Shown one piece after another: positions 12,818-23,450 of a stretch of 64,000 bases of DNA. The stretch's first letter is position 1. Each line of letters opens with the position of its first letter. Origin of the DNA: Camelus dromedarius (taxonomy: Eukaryota). The stretch lies in contig NC_087437.1 of the NCBI RefSeq assembly GCF_036321535.1, forward strand, positions 24,740,001 to 24,804,000, written 5' to 3'. The notes beneath the pieces were generated by a model. That model saw only the letters and a program-made list of their open reading frames with translations. It did not search any database and was not told the origin of the DNA. Both the position numbers and the translations under genes were made by a program.

Positions 12818-12970
12818 GAGCTTCTCAAACATCCATGTGCACACAATTCACTTTGGAAATTTTATTAAAATGCAGATTTTGATTTAGTGGTTCTGGAGTA
12901 GGGCCCTTGGGCTTTCTGAGAGGCTCTTAGCCATCCTGCTTTCCCCCAGACCTCAATTTGAGTAGCAAGA
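12818..12970. mobile_element. MER5A element
   Basis: gcttctcaaac...ttattaaaatgcagattttgatttagt...tttgagtagcaag. Confidence 0.8.
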
Positions 12971-13711
12971 GGACGGGTATGTGTTAAAGATTCTGAAATA
13001 ATGTAGAGGCTCAATTAGATTTGTACTTTAGAAAGACAGCTCTGGACACAGGATGGAACGCAAATATATTGGAAGATTGTCATTGAGATGCTTTATTCCA
13101 GTGAAAATGTATTAATTAGTATCTGTATGAACAAATTTAGGGGCAATATGGAGGATAGCCAAAAATAAGTTTCACCAAAGACAACTATTTCAAAAAAGAT
13201 TTTCTGATCACCTATATATCACGATTTAAGCAATAAGAAGATTGTTTCTAATATTTTTTGCCATCCTAAATGTCATAGTTAAGCATAGACACAAAATTAG
13301 TCTCTTTCTCTCCCTACTCTGACTTTCTTTCTTCTTCTCACTTTTCCTTTTAATAGTTTGCCAATAGTGTTATTTGTTGAAAAAAGTGAAACAGCTCCTG
13401 CTCTCAAGAGGTGCACAATCAGAAGGGAAGAATGTTATTTTTATACAGCTATAGTAAGAAATGCAATATTACAAAATACCACAATAATACCAACCCTATT
13501 GAAATGATCACATTTCAAAAACTAGCGTTCTCAAGAACAGCTTATCGACTCTGAATCATAAGCACATTACCCAAACGGTCAAACAAAACTCTTTGGAAGA
13601 ATGTATTTGTCTAGGAGTTCTATACTTTTAGTTGTCCATTCACATTTGGTCATCTCGGTGGTAATTATCCCTATAGAAAGGAAGAAAAACTTCTCAAGAC
13701 ACCAGCTGGGT

Positions 13712-14007
13712 CACTGGTTCTGAACAGCTGCCTGAATATTAGAGTCATCTGGGGACCTTTAAAAAAAATACCAATGCCCAAAACTCCATCCTCAGAAATT
13801 CTGATTTAATTGGTTTGGAATGGAGTCACAGCACTGATGTATTTTTAAATGTTTCTTACGGGAGTATAATACATGCATTTAGAAGAGTGCATATAAATAT
13901 ATGGTTTGATAAGTTTTTGTGAAATGAAAACACCCATTATTCAACATGCAAATCAAAAATAAGACATTGCAAGTCTTCATCATAGTAGCCAAGATTGAGA
14001 ACCACTG
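13712..14007. mobile_element. MER5B-like element interrupted by a short antisense L1 3' fragment (~13845-13985)
   Basis: cactggttct...cagaaattctgatttaattggt...gattgagaaccactg, with an inner ggagtataatacatgc...aataagacattgc L1-like segment. Confidence 0.65.
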
Positions 14008-15789
14008 GTCTGGCTGCCAACCACACACATTCTGTGGGATTTCAAAGAATGGAGACATCCTTTCAGGACAAGGTGGAAGGATAGAGAGGAACTTTTTGTT
14101 CATTCCATGGAGGATGTGACGTCTAAGATTGGGCTTGAAAGATGGCAGGATTTGGAGACGCAGATTTGGGGGAAATTTATAAATCGACTTATATGAATGA
14201 AAGAAGACTGGCAGGAAATGAATGTCATGTTTAGGGAACAAGGAATGGTTCAACTGGTTGCACAGGAGAACGTTTGAGGTGAAGTAGTGCAAAAATAGAG
14301 TGGAAAGTTGACTGTTTATAAATAGGACTAAGTTAATATGACAAAGAACATCACACATAACGTAGCATGAAATTGTTTCATTTACAGAACAAAGGTAAAC
14401 TGCATGCTAGCATATTTATGATTTTAGGCATTTGTATTTATAAATCTGTATTTACAAATATAGGAAAAATATAATTAATAAAAAATATACATATGGTCTG
14501 ACACACTCACTTGATAATATCTCATATGGTTTTAAATTTTCATTCATTTACTCATTCTGAATAATTTACACCGAGGAATTTTTAGAAAATATTAAAAAGC
14601 TATTAATTTGAACTGTCTTTTTTTGAAAATGAGCCTCCAATTCTTATATGCAATGTTTTTAGATCTTCCAGTAGCATAAGAAGGGAGTGGAAATCATTAT
14701 TGTAAGCAGAACTAATCTTTTATTTCAGGTGTATATGTACTCTGAATATAAAATTCATCATAATGTAAATAATTAGCCTTGTCACTTAAAAATGATAATG
14801 ATCTCATTTACATGTCTATGAGTTTTAAAATGCATCATACTACTTCAATAAATTACATTCTGGATCATATCAGTATCTCTTCAAGAAAATGAAGTTAAAT
14901 TTTTATAGTAACCAGCAGCTTAATTTTCATTAGGCCAGCTATTTGATAATTAGTCATGCACCATAAATCAAATCCTCAAGTCTTCTTCTGGTTTCTTAAT
15001 TGAAAATTATTGTTTCTTGGCTCTCTGGTTTAAAGTGCAGCAAGTGTGAATGTGATCGATGTGGAATCGGCACAAAGAGTTTAGAGACAGTCAGAACTTG
15101 ATAGATCATTGCCCCGAAGGGGCTTGCAATGGTGGGTCGGCAGAAATCTCCAAATTAAAGATTTACTTTTAAAATCACACGTGCAAAGGAAGCTCTGGTA
15201 CAACAACTCCTTCTCTCTATTTTGGCCACCTTACTTTTTTCTTTTCTTTCTTAAAAAAAAAAAAATGTCAGAATGGACCCATGTGCACCAGTGACTCTGG
15301 AGATCATATAAGATTATTGGAAAAGCTAACTTTTTGTTTGGGATTAAAACAGGAAAATATTCCTCAGTAATGTCATGAGCAAATATTGAATTAGGGGGTA
15401 TTTTAAAGTAATTTGAAAACATTGACTAAAAACACTCTACTCATATGACAGCTAATCGGAGTGAACAGATGGCTACCCAAGTATTGCCCCCAGTCATAAA
15501 ATCATTTCAAATATGATACTGTTGAGGCTAAATAAAAGACTTTGCAAGTAATAAGGAAAATATTGCTTCATTGAATGGCTGCAGCTTGTTGCCATTTTTC
15601 TTCTGACAATCTAGGAGGATTTGCAGGGAACTTTGGTCATGTTTGCAGTTCTTTAGTTAAGAACAGCCACAGGGTGTTCCAGCATTCATTTCTTGTTTCC
15701 TAGTGGCCTGGCAGCCAGGACCTGATGAGGCCCACAGCAGGGAGCACTGTGAAATGCACCATAAATTTCAATGTGTGAAGTCAAAAGAG

Positions 15790-15791
<2 letters not shown>

Positions 15792-15821
<30 letters not shown>
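15792..15821. repeat. Poly-A tract (30 nt)
   Basis: Directly visible. Confidence 0.95.
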
Positions 15822-15824
<3 letters not shown>

Positions 15825-16489
15825 AGGCACAAGAACCACAGTTGGAGTCTGAAAAGTACCTGGGCAAATGCACACTGAAATAAACATAGCATTTTACCAG
15901 TTCCATGTATAAAGTGGGTGGATAAAGGTGGAGTACCTTGTCCACAGAGCATAAAGACCAATGTTGATATGATCTGCTCTGGTATAATCACACTCTTGTG
16001 CTATGTTTTAGTTACCTAAAACCTTTTAGATGGCACATTGCAATCACTAGTTGGTTTTGTGAAAGGAATTTAAATAAAGCTTTTTGATAAAGGATGGTTC
16101 AGACTAAAATAAGAATTAGCTAGAAAACCTGTGGAGATAGGATACCTTGCCATGAACTATATCTTAGGATTCAAGGAATCTTACCACCCTTCAAAGAAAA
16201 TCCCAAAATAATTATATACATAGATTTTACTATCTTTAAGACTTTGAAGAAGTTGTTAAAACTCTTTAAACCTAAGCTGTCTTATCTATAAAATATCTAT
16301 AAAAAAATGAAGTTGTGGTCATTGAATTCCGATATTTTTTCCTATTCAAACATGTTGTGATTTTTGTGGAAAGTTGGTATATGAGGTTTAATTCGTCATT
16401 CTTGATTGTCTTGGATTTTGGCCTGAAGGAGTGATTGGAATCCACACTCATTTGCATGAGGTGTCTGTATTTGTGGACGTATGTTGAGG

Positions 16490-16860
16490 TATGTGGAGAG
16501 GCAGGTTCACAAAGTAGCTGTTTGCAGGTCTGATTCTATCAGTACGTATGTTTGACCAAAACAGTGTTGTAAATAATCTTGATAATTGCCAACGTTTCAA
16601 AATCTAGAAATGTCACTTAGAAATCTGATTTCTGATGTCTTCTAGAAAACCAAAAAATTAAAAAAAAAAAAAACCAAACATCTTTTTGCAGGAATATAGT
16701 CATCAGAAACTGAACAGCAGTTTCTTTCCCTGTAGATTACAATCTCCCCAACCCTAGTTTTTTGGTCTATGCAGAGGTGGGGTGTCTGTTACCATTTATC
16801 AATGTTTTTGCCTTATTATATACACTTTGTTCTATGTAGTCTCTTTACTCATTTTCACTC
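16490..16860. mobile_element. MER102-like hAT-Charlie fragment
   Basis: ttgccaacgtttcaaaatctagaaatgtcac...aaatctgatttctgatgtcttctagaaaa. Confidence 0.55.
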
Positions 16861-17429
16861 ATTTATATTATATATTATGATGCAATGATAGTTCCAGTAG
16901 GCCTGGTGATAATATGGAATATATTATGCAAAACAGAAGTTAAGCACATTCATTTTTTTCTTCCCTAATAATAAGGGAAGCCCCTGAGTGCTGATATGCT
17001 TCTCTTCCAGCCTCTCCAAAACAAACTAACAGACAAAGAAATTGAGCCTGAGGTTCTAGGATTTGCTAATCTGGTTCCCCATTCTATGGCTGCTGCAAAG
17101 CCTGTTGAAATTTGGACAAAACTTTGAGGATCCAGGAAGGCAGTGGGATCTCAGTCTACTGAATTGTGTCTTTAATCCGATGACTGTCCTTTGCGTTCCT
17201 TGTTTACTGGATCAGTAGTAAACTAAAATTAAAACAATTTCAACAAACTTTGAGTCATGGTTCATGCAGATCTCGGAACATACACCAGCCATTGCAGACT
17301 GGGCTAACTCACCTAGCTGGCTAGTGTGTTCTACATACTATCTGGAGTATTTCTGTTGCTGTGTTAGAGAAGTTAATCACTTTCTCCTGATTTCTATGCT
17401 TTTTCTAAAAGAACTTTTCCAACTCTGGT

Positions 17430-17765
17430 AGTCTGAGCAGAGGCATGCATATTTCTCCTGTACCTGCTAAATCCCTCTTGGGCACTGACCACAAAAGCTG
17501 ACTTGACTGGGCCATTTAGATTCATTCTCCCAAGAAATGAGATTGAGACATGGAGATTGAGCCATTTAGCTATGGGGAACCAAACAAGATGATCCTACAG
17601 ATCCAAGGCTGATACTACCATTTTTGGAGGGTATTGATGTAACTATGAGAAACAGAGGTAGAGTCATAAAGACAGAGATAAGTCACAATGTGGCTTAGTG
17701 AAGCTGCAATGTCTTTCCAGCAACTGCATTCTAGATTTCCTGTGATCAGTCTCTTTGTAACTCAC
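17430..17765 (+). mobile_element. Decayed MaLR-type LTR
   Basis: tgactgggccatttagattcattctcccaagaaatg...ctaccatttttgg...tttgtaac. Confidence 0.4.
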
Positions 17766-17864
17766 TCTTAAATATGAATGAAGAGCTAAGACTCTCCAGA
17801 CATTTGAGGAAGGACTTAATTACTGTAATACAAGGGTCAAAACAAACAAATCAAAAGTGAGCTA

Positions 17865-18072
17865 TAGAAAATTCCTAGAAGAAAACGTAGGCAGAACACT
17901 CTTTGACATAAATTGCAGAAATAGTTTTTTGGATCAGTTTCCTAAAGCAAAGGAAATAAAAGCAAAAGTAAACAAAGAGCTTTTAATTTGACTTAAAAGC
18001 TTTTGTACAGCAAAGGAAACCATTGACAAAACGAAAAGATAGCCAACCTAAAGAATGGGAGAAAATATTTGC
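17865..18072 (+). mobile_element. L1 ORF2 C-terminal fragment
   Basis: Translates KFLEENVGRTLFDINCRNSFLDQFPKAKEIKAKVNK, then cttttgtacagcaaaggaaacc...gaatgggagaaaatatttgc. Confidence 0.9.
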
Positions 18073-18094
18073 TAATGATGTTCAGCATTCGAGC

Positions 18095-18200
18095 AGTTCA
18101 ATTCAATAGCCACTAGCCACGTGTGACTGCTGAGCACTTGTAATGTTGCTAGTGCAACTGATTTTAATTTTAGCTCATTTAAATGTAAATAGCTAGCTCC
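18095..18200. mobile_element. MER3/MER33-like hAT fragment
   Basis: tagccactagccacgtgtgactgctgagcacttgtaatgttgctagtgcaactga. Confidence 0.8.
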
Positions 18201-18429
18201 AGAACTAGAGAAGTAGACAAGGGAGATGCAGGGGGAGAAATGGGGGACTGAAAGAACAAAGCTTTGAGTCTGCAAAAAATAGTTCCTAAACCTGAAAAAA
18301 AATACCTTTTTCACAGACAGAGAAAGAAAAAGGAAAAGATGGAGGCTCATGGAGTAAGTTAGTAGATGAATGAGAAGATGAGGGCATTGTTGTGGCAATG
18401 AAGTACGAGGCAAAGATAAGAGGGAGGGA

Positions 18430-18685
18430 AGGAAAAACAGATGGATGCTTCAGGAGGGGCTACAGTGGCTGGTTGTATTTTTTGTGTATTCTTAAAGACT
18501 CTGTGGAAGAATACACGAAAATCACCTGGCTGGCGAGCGGGCACCCTAGATGGTCGGAAAGAGGGATAAGAAGAAGAATTTTCACTTGTTTACATTTTCG
18601 TTCTTTATTTTGCATTTTAAGCCCCTGTAAATGTATGATAGATTCAAAAATTTCAGAAAATTAAATACATTAAATAAATAAAATT
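18430..18685 (+). mobile_element. Old L1 3' end fragment
   Basis: ctgtggaagaatacacgaaa...ttttcacttgtttac ending in an A-rich tail. Confidence 0.45.
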
Positions 18686-21600
18686 TTAAAATACCAGTCA
18701 AGGAGACTTAGAAATGAGTTTACCGAATAGGACTGTGAGGAAGTGTTGGGGATTCTGCAGAAATTTCAACTAAGACACAATAACCACAATGTTTTTTTTT
18801 CTGCTACTCTTTTTAAAAAAAATTGTATATTCTAGTGCATATTGTCCTGGAAAATACTGATTTCATATGCACAACAAAAATAGAAGAGTTTTACAAGACA
18901 TTTTGACAAAGCAATGCTGTTAAATAGATTCTGTTTAATTTATAGATTTATTAGACATTGTCTTATATTTATATATATATATATTGATATAAATCCATAG
19001 ATTTATGGCTGTGTGGTCCTTGAGGGCAGTGATGGGAGTAAGATAGGAAAGTGATTGTGAGTAGGTCTAGTAGGTTATAGTTTTTTAGAAACTAGTTTTA
19101 AACAGTTTGGATACAACAACTGGGCCTTCCTGATAACTAAACACAGTAGAGATATTCCATGGTATGCTTTGTATGAGTGACATTGTCCAAACCCCAACGT
19201 TTTGGATAATGATAGTATGCTATCAGAGAATTTTATGTCATTAAAAAAATCATTCAGATAAACTCTCAAAAGCAGCTTTTCTTTCACACTCCTGTTTCCC
19301 TCTACTGGATGAAAAATCTTGTTTTCCTGGTTCCTGAACCATCCCGCTTTGGCTCCTGGTTGCTAACACCAAGGATCCGTTGTTCTGAGGCACAACAGCC
19401 ACGGTGGGCTCCCTGATCCTTGAACTAGGACCTGGGATCTCACGGCTTCAACAGCAAGGTGACAAACATGAAAAGGGGAAAATGAATTCTGCTTAAGTTT
19501 GTACATATTTTGCCCCCATTTTCAACAGAATGAGGCCTATCAGTGTCACTTTGCCATCTCTTAGAGACTGAGAGGTTGGTGGCTTTCATCAGCCACCTTT
19601 TCTTCTTCCTTTTCACTTTCTTGGAACTGGAATACTTTATCAGACCCTTCAGATGAGTGACAAATGCAAGGCCCTATATCTTACACGCAAGAAAAATATA
19701 GACAATCAAATGCCTGTGTGATCTCAATTCTGTATTTATGTCTGGGGTCTAGGGGTAAATATATTTATGATATCAGAGAGACTATTACATATTAAAATTT
19801 TTGGTTAACATTAGATTTTATGGTGATCATTCTTCAAGCATCCTCCACACAAAAACCTCTGTACTGAGCAGTAAACATTGCTTATTAATGAAACACATTG
19901 CTTAGCCTGTCGTGATGCAGTGACGCTCTCCTGTAAACACTCTACACGTGGGTTTTCTTCAGTGTCACTAAGAAAATGTGTCAAGAAACAAGCAGCAACA
20001 GCTGTGTAAGATTTTAAAGGACCGACTGCTTGGTTGTTCTGGGAGGTCTACCTCGTTTAAGGGAGAATTTTCCCCAAACTCAGTGAGAGATTCTCTTCAT
20101 TTTTATTCCCAACTCCTAGAAGAAGTCACGTGACATCTTTTTTTTTCCCTTTTAGACCCAAATCAACACATCCTGTTGAAATAGTAATTCCAAATAACCT
20201 ATTGTTATGAATGTGAGAACAATTTGTCATTTAATATTTGACCTCCAGCATACCAGGGCCTTAAGTAGAAATGCCTGGTATCTTAAGGGCTTGCATTCTC
20301 CAGTAACCCAGTAGCAGGAAGAGGATCACCCTCCTACTCTAGGCTATTGGCAAAAGGCACTTAAAGTGAGACGGAGAATGAACATGAAACCTAACCCCAG
20401 TGTCTCTTCTGACCACTCTGCATAATCTAAGGTCCTTAAACTCTTCCTGCAAAATCTTGCTGTTTTTCTGTTGTTTGCTATTCTGACCATTTTTGAACCT
20501 GTGAACTCTGACAGAGGAGGGACTTGGAGAGGCTGCCATCTGATCTGTGTTAGAAGCAAAAGGAATAGCTCTCTAATCGCACTTCTCTCTGCTTAACAGT
20601 TGGTGAGAGATTAAAATGATCTAGGTGGAGGAGACTGGGGAGAGGTCTGGGCACATCCCTTTTTGGGGGAGGGCTTGTCTGCACGTCAAGAAAACAAGCA
20701 GGGTTTATTTTTTTTCCCCTTCTTTGCTGTCACACATTAGTAATATTTCACTGCTTATTTATTCATTTTTATGATTTACTCCAAGTCTTCAAGGAGAATG
20801 AATTCCTGCTATGCTCCTGTCCGGCCAGAATCGTGGTTAGACGCTGACATTCTGAGTTCCAGCCATATTAATTGCTGGATAAAGGCTATAATCCTTCTCT
20901 CTTTGAAGCCCAAGGCTGATTTTTAGGCAATACTTCAAAAGCAGAGCACAACTGAAGAGGCATATTTCCTACCAGCACTGAATTACCATGATTGACTCAG
21001 CTTGTGTTCGTCTACATGTGCCTTACATATTTGGCTACCCAACCAAACAATTTGACTTTGATGCTAGAGAGCAAAAGAAAATATCTTTTGTTATCTAAAG
21101 GGTGATCTATAACACCTTGTGAGGTATATTTCTATGGTTGCTTCAATCATCTTAGAAATAGGAACACCTAAATCACTCTTTTCTTACATGAGAAAACGCC
21201 ATATTTGAAAGTTCTCTCCTCTCTCTCTCTGTCTTTCATGTTTTGGCACAACATTATATAAACCATCAGTCTGAGTCCACTATGATTAATGACAAAAGCC
21301 CATGTAAATAAGGCATTTCATACATTCTCAAATTATTAGAACCCTTGGAAGTATTTCCAAAGTAATTTTTAACATCAGCTATTTAAAATTCAACCCAATA
21401 TATGTAAAGCAATTATAACTGAGATTTTAAAATAAAGAAGTATGAAGTATAAATGTCCTGTAAAAGGTGGAACAAAAACAACTACCAAACCAACAACACA
21501 AAAACATAAAAAAAAAAAAAATAAAAATAACTCAAGTAAAATGGAAAGCCATGACCAGTATGGAACTTTTTACTAGTGTCTGTTTCACGTATAGCTAATT

Positions 21601-22312
21601 TATCTCTGGATCTGTACTGGAGGGACCTTCTCCTATAGGATTTGCCAAGTATACTTAGTGTGCTATGTTTGAGAAAGATTAACACTGTTTCAGATCAAAG
21701 CAGGACCCTGCTGCATGGTCTTACGAGATTGTCATTCACTCCCATTACGGCTCATTTGCACAAGATTTTCATGTAATATGAGCCATTGTTTTGATGGCAG
21801 TGATTTGACATAAAGACAAGGCCGAACTGCATCTCAGCGTCCTCATCAGTCCGGCTGGGGGGTATCTTGGTCCCAAAGAACTTGCCAATCATAAAAGGCA
21901 ACTGTTACTCAGTTATGGCTCAACCCTTCCCCCCTTGCCGTCCCCTACCCCTACCTCCTTGTTTTTTAAGGTGGAAAACTTCTTGAATGTTCATGGATAC
22001 CATAAAAATCAGACAATGCCTACTTGTGCTGGATTAGATACAGTTTAACCAGACAAAGTTTCAGATACCCTATTCAAAAGAGCAAGTGATGAGGCATTTT
22101 AGGGAACTGCTTTTTCTTCTTGTGTTTTCTGCCATGCTGATTTTGATTTTAAAATAACTTGAAGTGGTGAAAAGTTATGCCTGAACTACATTCAAAAGTT
22201 TCCTTTGAGCTGTATTTATGTTTTTTCTGGTGATTTCGTTTCGTGGATATGCACGGACTATGTATTTACATATACCAGTCACTAACATTCTCTTCCTCTT
22301 TCTTTCCGCAAG

Positions 22313-22429
22313 TTAAATTTAAAAGAGAAAGAGAGAGTTGTTACTGCTGCTTCGATGGTACCTGATGATATAAATGAAAACAAAATATTCAGTCAAAATC
22401 TGGATGTTTTCAAATATAATTTTATTTAA
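22313..22429 (+). other. Candidate unannotated exon (45-nt cassette or alternative terminal exon)
   Basis: Branch point CACTAAC (22280-22286), a pyrimidine tract of about 20 nt and first AG at 22311-22312. Weak donor ATG|GTACCT after 22357, or read-through to TAA ending at 22429. Confidence 0.3.
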
Positions 22430-23229
22430 CTAGAGAGACTATCCTTTTTATTAACTCTATTCAGCATAGGTCACAACAGAAAAAGTACATTTAGAGGCAG
22501 CAAATATACAACTATGGAGAGAAAACTTTTGAAATAGTTTATTCTAAGTTTTAAATCAAATGTAAAGAATTAAGAATGAAACTACATTAGAATAATATAA
22601 TCTGCTTCTAGTGTCTGGCTAGAGTTCTTCTAAGTTAATGCATTTTAAATCTGGAATTTTAACACTTATATAGCATTTACCATTTCTGGCAAAGTGCTGG
22701 TTTGTTAGATTTAGCGTTTATCCAAAGCTTTCTCTACAAAGATGCATTCAAGTTTTTAGATTTTAAAAATTGATTTTGTAAGTTATAACAATATCTTACC
22801 TAAATTTTGTGTTTGGAACAAGATTGACTATAATTTGCATGGGTTTTTAACTCTATTTTTAAATTCTTTACAGCAACCATAGAACAAAAGAAAAGAAGTG
22901 AACTCATGTGGTTTCATGATATTGGAGAAAATGTTTAAAACTCAGAAAAATCACTATTATGTACTCATTTAAAAATATTTTGTAAGGATAGAAATACGAA
23001 TTTTTATTTTAAAATTATTTTTCTCTGCTCAATCTCAGTCAATTAATGAAAGAAATAGTCTGTCATATAATCAAGATAAACTTTTATATTTTAGGACTGC
23101 ATTAAAAGTCAGCCAAAAAGAAGCTGGCATGATCAGTGAAGTATTTTTTAAATGTGTATTTACTTAGAAAAATAATTAACAGAAATAACCATAGAAATTA
23201 AAAATGAGTTAAGTAATTGTAATATTTCC

Positions 23230-23450
23230 CCCAAGTTTTTACTTTGAATAATTTCAAGCATAAGAAATGTTTGAAACACAATTTAACAAACCCTTGCATG
23301 CCCCCCTACCCAGAAGCAACAACTGTTAACATTTTTTGCCACATTTTCTTCACTTCTTTCCTGAACCATTTGAAAGTGACACCCCTAGATTTTTCAACAT
23401 GCATCTCCTAATCACAAGACCATTATTTTTACAGAGCTACACTACCAGAA
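23230..23450 (-). mobile_element. Old L1 (L1MC/ME-type) 3' end
   Basis: tttttactttgaataatttcaagcata...aactgttaacattttttgccacatt...ctgaaccatttgaaagt. Confidence 0.65.

Noticed and set aside
13879..14358. 159-aa minus-strand ORF
   Set aside because: It spans L1, MER5 and L2-like remnants and has non-coding-like composition.
15792..15821. Poly-A as the tail of a retrocopy
   Set aside because: No clear TSD or recognisable retroposed body lies upstream.
21433..21444. miR-1-like TAAAGAAGTATG
   Set aside because: The seed is absent and there is no hairpin.
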